From contig OZ059897.1 of assembly GCA_964057225.1 (NCBI GenBank), forward strand, positions 6,324,001-6,388,000: 64,000 nucleotides of DNA. The letters run 5' to 3'. Below are positions 26,481 to 40,734 of this stretch, piece after piece (within the stretch, counting starts at the first letter, position 1; each line of letters opens with the position of its first letter). The DNA comes from Auanema rhodensis. Lineage: Eukaryota; Animalia; Nematoda. Made by a program: the position numbers and the translations under genes. Under the pieces are notes generated by a model. That model saw only the letters and a program-made list of their open reading frames with translations. It searched no databases and was not told where the DNA came from.

Positions 26481-28675
26481 ATGTCTTTTTTGTTTCAAAA
26501 GAAGGATATATTTTGAATTTTTCTTTTATGATGTTGCTGAAAAAATATTCATAAATTCAAGCAAAACACAGGAATGTGCAAGCATATTTTTAGTCTCAAA
26601 TGGTTTTATAATTATTTTAGTCTTCAATTACTAGCAGGATTAAACCGTCTGATCTGCCGATCAGAGTTAAATATACTGAAATAGTTTAAACATACATCTT
26701 TCAGCAGCAACAACATGTAACAGCATTTTTACTCAGGATTATGCTTATGTTGGTTGGTCAGCTGTATGTTACTTAAGTAATTTTAAACTTTATTTCCATT
26801 TAACACATTTACATCCGAAAACCACTGCAAGCAAAGCGGAAGAACCTTCCGAAGAAGTTTACATTGAATGAATGCATCAAAGTTCGAAAGCTTCTTCAAC
26901 TTTTAATGTGAGTATTTTCGTAATTTATACAAAGAACTTGTCAGCTTGTGGCACAAGAAATAAATTTCTTAAATATAATGTCTCTCATAAAAATTCTTTG
27001 ATAAGTATTTTATATTAATAGTGAATAAGTCATGAAAAATGTAGCTTTTACGTTCTTACCTCATTATTTATGTAGACTATTTACTACTATTACCAGGTGA
27101 TTCTAACTTACAATTCGAGAGCTTTCGTAGAGGTTATATTTAATTAAGAAGTGTCAAAAGAATATAAATCATAAAAATGATTTCACTATAACGAATTCAT
27201 TGTTGATCAAGAAATATACTAGAATTGAAAAGAATTGACCTTATATTTTGAACGAAATAATGAAGACTTAAATATCTTTAATCCCTCCCTCATTTTAACA
27301 AGATCATTAGGAGAATGCAGTGAGAACGTTCAATCTGATGATGATGATGATGATGATGTGAGAAAAGGAATAGCCAAGCGTATGTATAAACGATTAAAGA
27401 TGATCAGGCTGTAGAAATAGTTAAAATCCAAATAAAAATGAATATAAATGAATATAAATATTAATTTAATATTTAAATCTTAATTTGCCAATGATGATAT
27501 AGCAGAACATTGACAATTTTTAGTGTATAAAAAGAGAATAAGAAAACGACGAAAATGATGATGTATAGATGCATCTTTAGCTCCGCCTGCTTATTTCTCG
27601 TTCTCTTCTGCTCTCTAATTTCGCTTCTTTCCCTCATATTCAACTTAATATTAGAATAACGAATAACTTGAGATCCTACGTGAAAACTCACGTACTCATT
27701 TGCATATTATTGAAAACTATTTGTGAGTACAGTGAGTAACGAGAGTGCGGAGCTGGAAAGGGTATCAACAAACTTTCCCTCCAAATTTCCTTTACTTTTG
27801 ATTCATTCAAAATATGTCCTCTTTTTTAAAAAGGGAAAAAACATAACATAGAGAGATGAACGATCATTCCCATTCACTAAGTATTCAAGTAATGACTTTC
27901 AAGTAAAAGAACTTCGCTTTTGTTCATTAACAAATATTTTAAAAGCTAATTTATAACTGAATAAAAATATATTTGTTAATACTAAGCACAAAAATAGTGA
28001 GAATTAGGATAGAATTCAAGGAAGTGTCAAGATGAAGCCGTAACAAGGAAGTTGTTAACCTCAGTCGCGGTTTTAGAAACTGGAAAAAGTTTAAATTAGA
28101 TTTGAATGAATAGGAAAAGCTTATTCATGTTTGACAGGACTTTTGAAGCTGTGGATGACGTCAACGTACTACAATTATCTGCCAATATGTAACATAAAGT
28201 AATTGTAGAAAATTATTTTATAACAATACATTAGACAATGTGACATCTTTCATAAATTACTACAGTACATATAAGAATTATCGAGAAAGTGTATTCTTTT
28301 TTTTTTGATACAATCAAAAAAGTCTCAAGATTGAAATTTTGATCAAAACTCATATATAAGCCATAGTGAATTAGAGAAACCACGATGCTCACTCACATCA
28401 TTCATTTTTCACTCATTCTTTTCAGAAGAATATACCAAAAACGATTAGTGTAACCACAGCTTCCACAAGACCTTTGTAATTAAAGCCAATTCAGGATCAA
28501 ACAAGTCTAAGGAATTCATGCAAAACTCATTTTCTTAGCAGATGACATGCATTAGGTTGGAGGACCTTCATCAAGAAAAAAGAAAAATTGAGAATATATG
28601 TAAATTATGGCAGAATATCATCCAAAATTTTGTGAAAAAAAATTAAATTAAACCATCTCGATAAGGAAGAAGAAG

Positions 28676-28812
28676 ATAGAGAGGGAAAGAGAGGGAGAGA
28701 GATATAGAGAGAGTGAGAGAGAGAAAGAGAGAGGGAGTGAGGGAGCGAGAGAGAGAGAGATAGAGAGGGAGAGATAGAGAGAGAAACAGAGAGAGGAAGG
28801 GAGAGAGAGAGA
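28676..28812. repeat. Imperfect (GA)n polypurine tract
   Basis: About 135 nt of gagaga-like sequence. Confidence 0.85.
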
Positions 28813-29401
28813 ATTCTAACTTTCACAGTTATAGGGATGAAACTTTTATTACGCTGTAAGTAGCGTAACTAATTTTACTTGTAAAACAACCAAAAAACAA
28901 ACAATTGTGACATGAAATACCACTTGGATGCTAACGTACTAGGAAGAATTCTAACTTAATGCAAAAAGATGTTCGTATTTTTCGGTTGAACTCAACACAT
29001 ATATCGAGCAAATGTCAGCATATCTGAGAAAAAAACTACAAGCTGGCTTCATAAACTCAGAACTATGCTGTCAGTTAAGCGAATGTAGAATAAAGAAATA
29101 ATGCTATCAGAATTTTAAAAACTCTTTTAAATATTAGATAGTATGATTAGCACTATGAATAATTTACTTTTTATTGGAATCAGTGGCCTCGTGATTCGAC
29201 AAGAATGGGAGAGATAAAAAATGAAGTACGAACAGAAGCGAAACTGGAAAAATCAAGAAAAATAAGAAAAATTAAAATTATTTTATGTGAACAAAAATTC
29301 ATCATTAAACAGTAGCTAGAACATTTACAAGTGAGCAAAAAAAGTAAAATAAAGATAAAATCAAGAAAAAATTATTGTTATTAGTATTTTAATCGTATAT
29401 C

Positions 29402-30318
29402 TTACTTCTTAGGCTTCTTTATTTTCTCAACTTTAGCTCCACGATGTCCGTAATTCATACCACAATAGGAACACTTATCTACATAATTATTCCGTAGAAG
29501 AAGACAGGGACTTGCACATAGGCAACAAGCAGTTAGAATACCCAAAGCCAGGATACAAACCTGAACACAACAAGCAAACTAACACAGTGCTTTCATCTGA
29601 CTAACCTGCCGAGCACGATGTTGCTTGCGAACAATAATGCCAACGCGACATTTTGGACAGCGACGCTCACTATCTCCTGTACCAGAAGTAGTTGCTGTCG
29701 AATTGACAACTACATTAATGGGAGCTGTTAATAGAATATTGAATTATGAACAAAAAATATTAAGAACATACGAGCTGCATATTCTTTCGGAACACATACA
29801 GGCTGCATTGGAATGCCGTTAGGGCCACCCATGTAAGCTTGAGTAAACATAGATTGTTGATATGGATGTGGAAAATGGAAAGCTGGAGCTGGAGCTGAGT
29901 TTGTTTGAGCCGATCCATCTTGAAATCTGTGAAGTAATTATTTTTACAAAATTTGCTAAAAACATAAATTTACCCGGCGTAGGGGTATGGCAAAGGTGTG
30001 TTATAAGCAGTAGTATAAGGAGTTGTTAGTGGTGTACTGTACGCTAAATCGTTATTTTCTGAAATTGATTAGAACTAGAATAATCTGGAATAAGAGCAAA
30101 AGTTACCATAAGAATAAGGTAAATTCAAAGGCTGCAAAATGTTTTCTGGTAATTTCTAAACAAATCGAACATTTGTTTCAATTCTGTTTTTCATAAACCT
30201 TCTCCTTCGTTTCAGGATTAGTAATGGTGAGATCCGTTAATGTTTTTTCATCCAACGTACATTCTCCAAGCCCTGGCTCAGTAGTGTAGGAGGGTGGAGG
30301 AGAATTTGAATCTTGCAT
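29402..30318 (-). CDS. BRI3/LITAF-like Cys-rich membrane-associated protein
   Basis: Pro/Tyr-rich N-terminus with PPSY motif (SPPPSY); C-terminal CPKCRVG - hydrophobic VCILALGILTACCLCASPCLLL - KCSYCG; ends KKPKK*. Confidence 0.8.
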
Positions 30319-31345
30319 AGCTAAAATTCAAGTTAGTTAAACAATTAAGAAAAAACAAACCATAAAACTTTATTTGAGATTGGATTTGCTATACATATCC
30401 AAACTAGCTATGGCGCCAAAACTTGAGGTTATCCAATTCCATGTATTTTATAGTCTGATAGACATAATAATTATAAACAAATGTTTTTGATAGATAATTT
30501 GAAACATATCTATTTGAAATCTCGAAGCGAAAGTTCTTACTCTATTTCCATGTTTTCAAAATATCCAATTAATCTTTAGATAACATGAAGCTGTCATGTA
30601 GTTGTCGATGCATATCCAAATGTATTTTACACAAAGCATGCCTCCACTATATGAAAACAAACGCTGCAATATCAAAGTGGCATTGTTGGATATGCTATGC
30701 TCAATATGGTGAAAGGTTTAAAAAGGATTATTGAATGGTGTTCCATGCAATCAAAAATGGAGCAAATCTAGTTCTGAATCCAAGACAGGAAATGTGCAAT
30801 GAAGATTCATTTAGATCGGTATAGATTTGATGAGCGGTTGCATTTCACTCTTTATCAAGCTTCTCAACTTACTTCCGTTTTCGTTAAATCTTTGATCTCT
30901 TCATGTCTGATTAATGATTCATCTCATATGAATAATCAAATAATTGAATACTTAACAATGAATATTCAAAATGAAATCTTGTGAACTTAGGTATTCCTAA
31001 TTTTGCTGTAGTTTAGAATGATTAATGTCCCTATCGATGATGTGTGGAGTAACTTTTAATAAATGCTTTGCAAAATAATATTTCACATTCAGTCGGAAAA
31101 CTTTGTGATATATGTATATTATTGGCGCAAAAGACACGAGAAATAGTTTATATTCATTGTATTATATCTCTTAAATGTCATTTTACATGATATCTGTACT
31201 TCTAAATATAAAATTAATTTAGAATACTTTTCGAAGTCGTCGTTTTGATAGAAATGAAAAATGAATTGCGTAATAATCCAGTTGAGAAAGAATACCTGTT
31301 TCCGCTGCCTTCTGCTGATCAGTTGGCAGCTTTCTCTACGTAAAG

Positions 31346-31924
31346 ATGTTTCCTAGATGGCTGCCACTTATCCTTTTTCTTGCTTGTGTAGATTATACAG
31401 AAGCTAGATCATTGAGGTTAGTTTCCTTATTTTAAAAGAAGTAGAAATGCTCATTAAGAGGATTTATATAGCTTTATGCGATGAATATAAAACTTTTTCA
31501 TAATTTCAGAGTAAAACGTAATGGTTTCACAAACAACTACGGTTATGGCCCATTCGGAGTAGGTCCATCAAATGGCGGTTTTGATAGTTTTGGATTCTAC
31601 AGGTATGTCTTACTTATTTGAAGTGTAATTCATCTTATCATTTCTCCAGAGATAAGTTCTATAACAGTGGATTACCGCCTCTGTACACTCATTCAGCGTA
31701 TCGTAACTATTATCACGAAATATCTTTCCACAAGAACAAATATGGATTGCCAGCTCCTACAAACTTCGAAATTGTGCAACAAGAACGTTTCGGTATGAAA
31801 CTTTTTATTATTTTGTGTATTCTAATTGAACATTTTATGAAAAAAATTAATTGTCATTATAGGGCCGTTTTACAATGGAGTATGGGGATATAACGATCAT
31901 TCAAAAGATTGGTTTGGAAAATAG
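31346..31924 (+). CDS. Small secreted Gly/Tyr/Phe-rich peptide precursor
   Basis: 4 exons: MFPRWLPLILFLACVDYTEA-RSLRVKR-NGFTNNYGYGPFGVGPSNGGFDSFGFYR...GPFYNGVWGYNDHSKDWFGK*; signal peptide, RVKR cleavage site and terminal GK. Confidence 0.75.
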
Positions 31925-32059
31925 ATTTATTGTTATTTTTAAAATTTTCAATTGTCTGTACATATCTATAAATATACATATGTATGTATGTATGTATGTA
32001 TGAATGTATATATGTGTCTATCAATTCAATATGTTTTGTGAGATCTTTGAGATTGTTTT

Positions 32060-33104
32060 TTATTCCAAAACTCCTACACCAAAATTAAAATTTGCTATAT
32101 TGAAAGGAGCATCTAGTTTCAATGATAAATCAGCTAGTGGTTGATCATCCTCTACCATGACATCATCTGCTTCTCTATCATTCTTTTCACAATCTTCGCG
32201 CAGAATTACTGGAGGAGTTGATGGAGGCGGTATCAAAGGTACTACCGAAGGATATACCGCTTGTCCTACAAATAAATAATCTCATATAGCTTATATACAG
32301 AAATGAAGACGATACTTGAGAAACATCTATTCATATTTTTCAGTTTAACATTGTGTTTTTCGGAATGACTTAGCAGTTTTTCGCGACTCGAAAATCCTTG
32401 ATCACATGTTTTGCAATGAAAATGTTGTTTCTTTTTCAGCTTACAGAATGGGCGAATGCAAACCTAGATTAAGAATTGAGAGAACAATCAAGAGCACATG
32501 AAGATACCTCATTTTTGACCCGACCCATTTGATAATTCGGGTTTTTTGAATTATTACAAGATACGCTATTATGAGCTGATAAGTGAAAAAAAGCCTTCAA
32601 GTTAAAAACTTCATGTAACCATCACCCGAAATGATGAACTCACCATACCACATGATAAACAATGAAAATGATTCTTTTTCAAAGAAAATATGCAAGGACC
32701 TTGTAAATTAACTAAGTTACATCTCGAATCTAATATATCTGATTAATGAAGTCTTGCAAGAAACAACTAACCAATATGATAAAAAGCTGTCATTGGGGGC
32801 AAAGAGTGATTATCATGAAATATTGTTACATGATTTCCTATTATTAATTCATCATTTGACGAAAAATGACATCTGCAGACAGAAAAACATATTGCATTTA
32901 GCAAAATCTTGAACCTCACCTGCGAATCGTGCAATGAACATGCGCCTGCTTAATGAAAAGGCAACCTTTCGTGTTACATTGGTTATCTAATCGAAAAGAA
33001 GAGCAATTAGATAACATTTTGTCGAACAAGAAAGAGCTTAGGATTGTTACAACTTCGCAATGAATCTACAAACGTGAAGCGTGTTTAGGAAAAAGCGTCT
33101 CCAT
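32060..33104 (-). CDS. Castor-type zinc-finger protein (start approximate)
   Basis: Repeated modules [21 protein letters not shown]; [15 protein letters not shown]; [36 protein letters not shown]; C-terminal PLADLS. Confidence 0.7.
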
Positions 33105-33384
33105 GGCTTCGTTTTGTTGCTATCCGGTCGCCAATACGACAACCACCTAAGTGAATATATAGACTTTGTTCTAGAGTCAATTATTTAAGTATCTTCCTTC
33201 AGATATAGTAAATAAGATTTGGAAAACAAAAAAATTTATGAACTGTACAAAAATATTAACACTTTACATGGCCAGTAGAAAAGAAACAATCTAAATGTTG
33301 TAAAAAAATCATAAAAACCTGTAAACATGACTAAACGTAACTTATATAAAACAAAAATTAAATTATGTACATAGAGAAAGCTTC

Positions 33385-34290
33385 CTAATAGAAGGCAATA
33401 TCCAACTCTGGTTTATAATGTGGATACAAATTTACAAGTAATTGATGAAGCATAATCGCTGAGATACCCCAAATGCGAAGTTCACCATGTAAAACAGAAT
33501 TCGGATATTTGAAAAGAACCTGAAAAGAATAATATTTCTAAATGAATGAATTAGGAGTGAAAAGCCAACCTCATAGTTTTTGGATTGGAAAACTGGTAAA
33601 CGATACTTAAGTTTCTTATTTTTGAATTGAGTATATCTAATACTTTGACATAACTCATCCAATGGGACAGAAAACACAGCGTGAACCTGAAAATATAATC
33701 GTCAAATTTGAAGACGCTTTAAAAACTTTACTTCATCAGTGTTAATATGTAGACGCTTTAATGATTCTAGATCTTTTATAACTCCAACGATCGGAGTTAC
33801 AGTAGAAGTTAGTTGTCTTGTTACTACCGGGTGAAGTTCACCCCAAATCTCAACATCATGTTGTGACAGACCAATTTCTTCAACTGTCTCACGTAGGGCA
33901 GTCTGAAACGCATGATCACGATTGCAAAAAAAAATAGAAAAAAACCTGTTCTAAACTTTCTCCCTTATCTTGCTTTCCTCCAGGAAAACAGACTTCACCT
34001 CGATGTGATCTAAGCAATGATGATCTCTTCGTTAAAATGATCTTGTCAGTATGTCCTTCCCGGAACAGAGGAAGAAAAACCTTAACTGATTCCTATAAAG
34101 GACGACACATGTCATAATCACTACCGCCATGCCCGAAGCCAGCTTGCTAAGTCTTGGGTGAGGATCTCGAGCTTTGCTCAAATTCTGAATATTAATAAAT
34201 GCAAATTAGATATATGATCATGAATACCTGCAGGAACATCTCCTTGGCAGAAGTTCCGAAGCTTCTTGAGCATGTCAGCATGAACTGCAT
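33385..34290 (-). CDS. NUDT8: Nudix CoA diphosphatase, NUDT7/NUDT8 family (NUDT8-like)
   Basis: ILTKRSSLLRSHRGEVCFPGG (CoA box); ALRETVEEIG (Nudix box); EVHAVFSVPL; RIWGISA; no C-terminal PTS1. Confidence 0.85.
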
Positions 34291-34685
34291 AAGAAATATG
34301 AAAAATTCATGAGAAACGCTTTGATACAAGAATAATCGGAGCCAACCCACAACTAAGAAAAAATAAGTAAACGACAAAAGTTGGATACTTTATTGAGAAT
34401 GATTTTCAATTTATACAAACAATGAAAGCACCAGAAAAAAATAACAATAACATAGTTAGTAGATACAATAAAGTGCATAAAACATCGAAGACTTAAACGA
34501 CATATATATATTAGAAAACAAAGGTTTTAACAAATGGGATGATATGCTACAAAAGGTGATGTAAAGGCAGATATGTTTAGAGAACACAGCAGAGAAACAC
34601 AGAATAAGTGATATTTCTTCTCGCACTAACCACCCGACTACACATAATAATAAACAATTAAAAAATGGCAGACTTGCCGAAATAT

Positions 34686-37600
34686 CTAAAGTGTTTCAGG
34701 AGGGGTTCTAATCACTTCTCGGAAGACGTTCGATCCACTAAGTGCTACCAAAATTGCGATGAGCGCACAGGGTATTGCATATATCAAAGCAGTGAAACTG
34801 AAAAAAACTATGGTGAAGAAGAGCAAAAGAAAAAAAAGCATGAGGATTTGTTATCAGCATCATAAATGAAGGAAAGCAAAGCATAATAACAGCTGACACG
34901 AACCTTTGTTGCACAATACTCAATATCATGAAGAAACCAAGCCAATAAAATGGACGCTCGCGGAATAGACTAGTGGCCAAGATGCCAACCTTCGCGCAAA
35001 TAGACAATATATAGACAAGTTAAGCGAAAATAGTTATGCCTATGATTATAGTACATATATGTATAGAAGAATAGATACTCTGGCGCACTTAGTTAAAATG
35101 AATATAATAGTAAACTTTACAAAGGGTAAAGTACAATACTAATACAGCGTGCACTTATAGCTTAAATACCCGTCAAACCAGACCAAACTAGGAATACTAG
35201 CAAATCAAGAATATCTGAAACGGACATTGTAAAAAAATTAAGTCTTCGAACAACTGAGGAAAGACAAGAGGGAAATACAAGGAAAGAATTAGGAGTTACC
35301 TGAAGCTTGGAGCGTTCGCAGCCGTTTGCTTAGCTAGCATACTTTGTCCTACAATACCTTCCCGCTGAAGTTGAACTTTCTTTTGACACTAAAACATAAA
35401 GATTAGTCATCTCAAAGTGCAACAATAGTTATACCACAGAATGAAAGCTTGTAGTCATTAAACGACCTTCCTCTTCGTGTTTCGTAAATATTTTTTTGAG
35501 TTCATCTTCTAATGATTTGATTTTCTTCTCTTTAACTTCTAACTCAGATTTAAGTGAATCAAATTCATGTTTTGAATGTCCTCCTTCTTCTACAGAAAAT
35601 AGTTTTTGCTCCTAAACAAACTAGGGACGTGAAAACGGAGCAAATTGAAAACCAACCAAATTTTTGATAATTTGAGTAGCTTTTTTCATCCGGTCACCTA
35701 ATTGAATAATTTCTTTATCCTTTTCTAAAAGTGTATCTAAAAAAATTAATAAAAAAATGAATAGAGGGAAGAACTAGTACTTTCTGTCTTCTTTAAAGCT
35801 TCTGTTGCTTCATTAGCTTGACGTTCTTGCATCTGAATCTTTCCAGCAAGCTTATCATACTCAATGGATCGCTTTTCCAGTTCAACACGAAGCTGATTAA
35901 TATCACCACTGAATTCTCGAGATTCCAAATCTTTTTCAAGGAGTTCGATATTAGCCTACAGATTTCAAAAATATTTTCTACAATCAATATAAAAACTGAC
36001 AGCGAGCTCGATTTTTTTCGCATTAGAGATTTGAATTTCGCTCTCGAGTTCCTTAATTTTTCCTTTTGTTGCTTGCCATTCACGGCGTTCTTCTTCCAAT
36101 TCTTCTAATTCTTTAACTCTCTCACGAAGTCTTGAAATTTCTTTTTCTTGTTCGAGAATTCGGGAACGGTTCCTAAAATCATGAAGTGTAATTTTGCATG
36201 TGAAAACTTAACCAACTCTTCTGCTTCGTTACTAGCAATCGATGTTCCTAAAGCGGTATGAAGACTATCTTCAGCCCTATGTTTTAGTTGTACTGCAAAT
36301 ATGTTTTTCAATTCGATGAATATTCATAAAATACAATAAAGACAACTTTTTGAAAATGAAATCAAATAAGCAACTTACACTCAGTAATTTTATCCTGAAG
36401 TTGTAACTTTTCATGCACATGATCTTCATTTTTTTTATCTGATGCCATTAGTTTGCTTTTAGCTTCACCTAATTCAAATTCCAGCTAAAGTAATAAATAA
36501 ATATTTGGATATGAATAGAGAAAAAATACCTTACTCATACGAATAGTTAGTTTTTCAATGTCTCCTTCCTTTTCTTCTTTCTGAGCTTTGAGTGCGCCAA
36601 TTTGTTGTCGAAGATTCTAAAGAGAAATGATTGATAGGTATAATATCATTAGAAAAAACCTTATTTTTTGATTTTTCATCTTCAAGGGCAACCATATCTT
36701 CCATATACCGTGCACTCTTTTCTCGAAGGACATTTAACTATATAAGGTTTCGTTAAGATCTAGATACGAACAATTCATACAAACTTCATTTTTGTCATTC
36801 AAAGCTTCTTTGTTTCTTTGTTTCAGATTTTCATACTCTCTCATTAACTTTTTGTGTTCAATATCTTTAGCACGTAATTCTTCCATCTAAATAAAAAATA
36901 AATTAAATATTAATAATATCTTTGAACCTCATCCCGCATACGAGTATATTCATCTTCGAACACATGGATTTTATCCACCTAAATTTGTTATACTTGAAAC
37001 ATGTTTTAATATTATTCTAACCTTTTCTCTTAGAAATTCAATTTCAGTTTCTTTTTTTTCTAAATTGCCATTTAGACTTTCTAGTTTTGCTTCCATATCC
37101 ATAGTTCGTTCTTCCAATCTATCTTTCTTTTCCTATTGAGAGGTTTAAATTCCTAAGTAAAACAAGTCTAACCTTCAATTCTTCCTTTTCTTTTTCTAGC
37201 TTATCGATTGATGGTGCACTACTAAGGTGAAGTAATTTCTCGTGAGCTTTCTCTAAATCAGTTTCAAGCCTTGCAGCAGTCGCTTTGAGTTCTTCGTTCT
37301 GAATAACAGAATATGATCAATTTCTCTAAATATACCCAGAAAACTATGCATATGGGGAAACGACGCGAATTACACTAACGTCGAACAGGTTTTATCAATA
37401 AACAATGTATTAGTGATAAAGAGAGCATAGGAAGAGAAAAATTGAAACCCATACCTCTTGAGCGAGTGCATTGACTCTATCCACATCGACTACAGAAGTT
37501 GTGTTTCCAGTCGTCAAGTCTAACTGATTCTGGAATAATCAGGAAATTAAACTCAAAAGTTCATAAAACCATACATTATCATCATCTACTTCAGAAAGGT

Positions 37601-38308
37601 CTTTAGAATTATTCGTAAAATTCGTTACAGCTGCCATAGTTAGCTGCTGAACATCTGGCGATTGTTCCATAGCAAGGTTAACAAATTCTAAATATCTTTG
37701 TAAGAATCTGATAAAACTATTAAAACACAAACCCATTTTATTTCTACCCAACAGAGCAGCAGTCATAATCAAATTGAAAACTTTGTTAATTTGTTGAACA
37801 TCTGCTTCTTCACCTTTAACAAATAGGTAATTAAATTGGAATAAAATACAAAACTATACAAAGTAACTGTTCATCAATGATCCAAGTTGAGCTACCAGCA
37901 ACTGTTCTATGAGAGTTAATTTCCAAATATTCTGTTAATTTTTTAAACAGCTATAATACATGTAATTTAAAGAATATAAGTGATTAAAAACTTTTCTTAA
38001 GTTTCCAGCCTTTACGCGCCATGATGACTCAGCATCATAATTAGCAAAAGTATTTACCCATTCCTCAGTGAAATATTCATCATCTCTTAAAAATAGAAAA
38101 TAAGGAATTTTTTGTTTAGCTAATTTTACATTCTATGAAGAATTTCTGAAAAATTGACACAATTTCGTAGAGATTGTAGCTCCATGTCATAGGTTACAGA
38201 ACATCTCAATGAGCGAACCTAAAAACGATACATTTTTTTAATTTAATAAAGTGAGCTTACCCATGTTAAATAAAGCTCAAATACTTTTTCAGGAATTTCC
38301 TTTTCCAT
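34686..38308 (-). CDS. zyg-12: Hook-family dynein adaptor with optional TM+KASH-like tail
   Basis: Hook domain IDDEYFTEEWVNT...SWRVKAGNLRK; long coiled coil; EEGRLMTTSFH...GQSMLAKQ; terminal exon 34686-34797 encodes a hydrophobic segment and ...RTPPETL*. Confidence 0.88.
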
Positions 38309-38513
38309 TCTTATAAACAATAAAGGTTACAACTGAAATTGGAAAGCAGTTAGTATTATCCTATGTCAACAATAATAAGCATAAGTTTTACAATATATTG
38401 ATTGAAATATACAAAAAATATATAATCGAACTAAGATAGTAGATCAAAAACAGCGCGCCCACAAACTAAATTTCTTATATAACAGGCACTTAAATCACCC
38501 AATATATGTAAAA

Positions 38514-39585
38514 ATGCTCTTACTAATATGTTTCTCGATTATCTCTCTAGTAATAAGTGATGATGAATGTGGACTTCATGGAACTAATCGAACTGATGAT
38601 GTTCATACCTACCACTTACCATATAACTTTGTGGTAAGTGAAGTTACGCAGCGAAATAAAAGCTTATTTATATGTAGCTTGAAGAAAATAGATTGATAGG
38701 AGGTGTAATTACTAAGCCTCATAGTTGGCCATGGACTGTTCAATTAATGTACAACGGTGTTCATAGATGTGGCGGAGCTCTAATTGATAATAGGTTTGTG
38801 CTCACGGCTGCTCATTGTTTCGCCCGGAGGTAAGTTTGACATCTATCAAACATAGAAAAAAGTTATTTAGTCGCATACCTTCAATGTACAAAGTAATGCT
38901 TGGTGGACATAAATCAGGAAGTGGAATTGGTCATAATATTACCGATATTATTGTGCACGACCTTTTTAACGTCGCTTGGGCCAACTCTTATGATGTAGCT
39001 ATTCTTCGGTAATCGAAATATTATGGCTATTCCAAATTTTCTAAAAATATTTCAGAATCGATCCTCCAGCTGAGATTACAAATGATGTTCGTAAAATTTG
39101 TTTACCTGTACTGCCCGCCCAGATAAACAGGGTTTGCATTGTTGCCGGTAATTTAATCAGAAATTGCGAAACAAAATAAATAAATATTTCAAAATTAGGT
39201 TGGGGAGTTCTCTCAGAGAACGGAAAAAAGTCAGAAGAACTACGCGAGATCCACGTGCCTATAGTCCCATGGGTTGAATGTAATAACTTGGAGAACTTTA
39301 GAGGTAGAGTTCATCTACCATCAATGATTTGTGCAGGATATAGCCATGGAAGCTTAGACTCATGTCAAGTACGTGCAAGTTTTCTTTCAATTTAACTATG
39401 GTGGTAATCTTAAGGGAGATTCCGGAGGCCCTCTCATGTGTGCTTTTAACGGTAAATGGGAAGTACAAGGGTTAGTAAGCTGGGGAATAGGTTGCGGTAG
39501 ACCAGGACACCCAGGAGTTTATTCATCAGTTTATTCCGTTTTACCTTGGATTCAGTACCAAATGTGGAATCTTCAAAAGGAGTGA
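38514..39585 (+). CDS. try-1: Secreted trypsin-like serine protease
   Basis: Signal peptide; R-LIGG...[10 protein letters not shown]; VLTAAHC; YDVAIL; DSCQGDSGGP; [16 protein letters not shown]. Confidence 0.93.
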
Positions 39586-39714
39586 AGTGCATGTAAATAT
39601 AAATAATATCTGCTATTAACAGATTTCTAAGCATGCGAATAACATTTTCTCAAATAAACTTTTATTTTATATATATTGCAAATAATAAATTAAGCATAAG
39701 CAAGGAATGATATT

Positions 39715-40734
39715 TTACATTTTGCGTTTAGTAGCAGTGTAGCGTTCCTGGTAATCCTCATAGCCATCGAGACCCTACAAAAAATACTTGATTGAGCTAA
39801 ACAATAAACAAAACCTGAAAGTCGGTGTCTTGAAAGAGGTTTCCAGCATAAGCTATGATAGCTACAGAACTATCTTGTAATATATCCTTGCTAAATTCTT
39901 GTTTTGTAAGGCAATTTTCTTCAACTCGAAGAATTTTCAAGTTAGGACAATTTTTCAAACTACTGGCAGACAAAGTAGATAATCGGTTTTGATTAAGGAT
40001 TAACTCAGCAGCACGGCATGATTCAATCTGCAAATATGAAACAATTATTTCTATTACAATAAGATAAATTAACCTCTTTGGGAACAGCAGTGATTGTATT
40101 ATTCGATATATCAATTAACTCAATACAAAGTAATTGACATAATTCCAATGGAAATGAAGTAAATTTGTTTGAAGATATATTGATATTTTTTAATGATGTA
40201 CAAGCAGGTAATGTAGATGGAAGAGAGACTAGTTTGTTGTTTTGCAAAGATAGAGTTTCCAAATTTTTCAATGATCCGAGTTCATCAGGTAAATATTCTT
40301 AAAATAATCGGAGAACAGTTGAAAATAATAACGATAGTTCAACTACCCAATTGGTTATTGGAGATGTGTAACTGTTTCAATTGAGAAAAATCTCCTATGT
40401 AAGAAGGAATTTCCACAATTTTATTGAAACTTAAATCCAAATTACGGATAATGTCGGAGACCTATAACATGATGATAAGTTCGATACACATGTAGCACAA
40501 CCTGTTGTAGCGCATCAGGCAACTTCTTGATACCAGTATTTTTCAGTTGAAGTATTCTGCTTTTTCTAGCATTTTCAATATGTTTTTGTACAACATTAGA
40601 TGAAGGTCCAGCCTTCAAGCCTTAAATAATTCGATATGAATTTAATATAAAACAAATACAAGAAAATACAAACCTAATCCACCCACAAGTCCTTTTGAGC
40701 CTGATTGACCACCTTTTGAGGATTCATTTCCCAT
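39715..40734 (-). CDS. LRRC57: Leucine-rich repeat protein 57
   Basis: MGN start (myristoylation-like); KHIENARKSRILQL; LRRs; CPNLKILRVEENCL; ends LDGYEDYQERYTATKRKM*. Confidence 0.92.

Noticed and set aside
32785-32800. Apparent frameshift in the zinc-finger exon at a C5 run
   Set aside because: Recounting gives a continuous frame ([11 protein letters not shown]).
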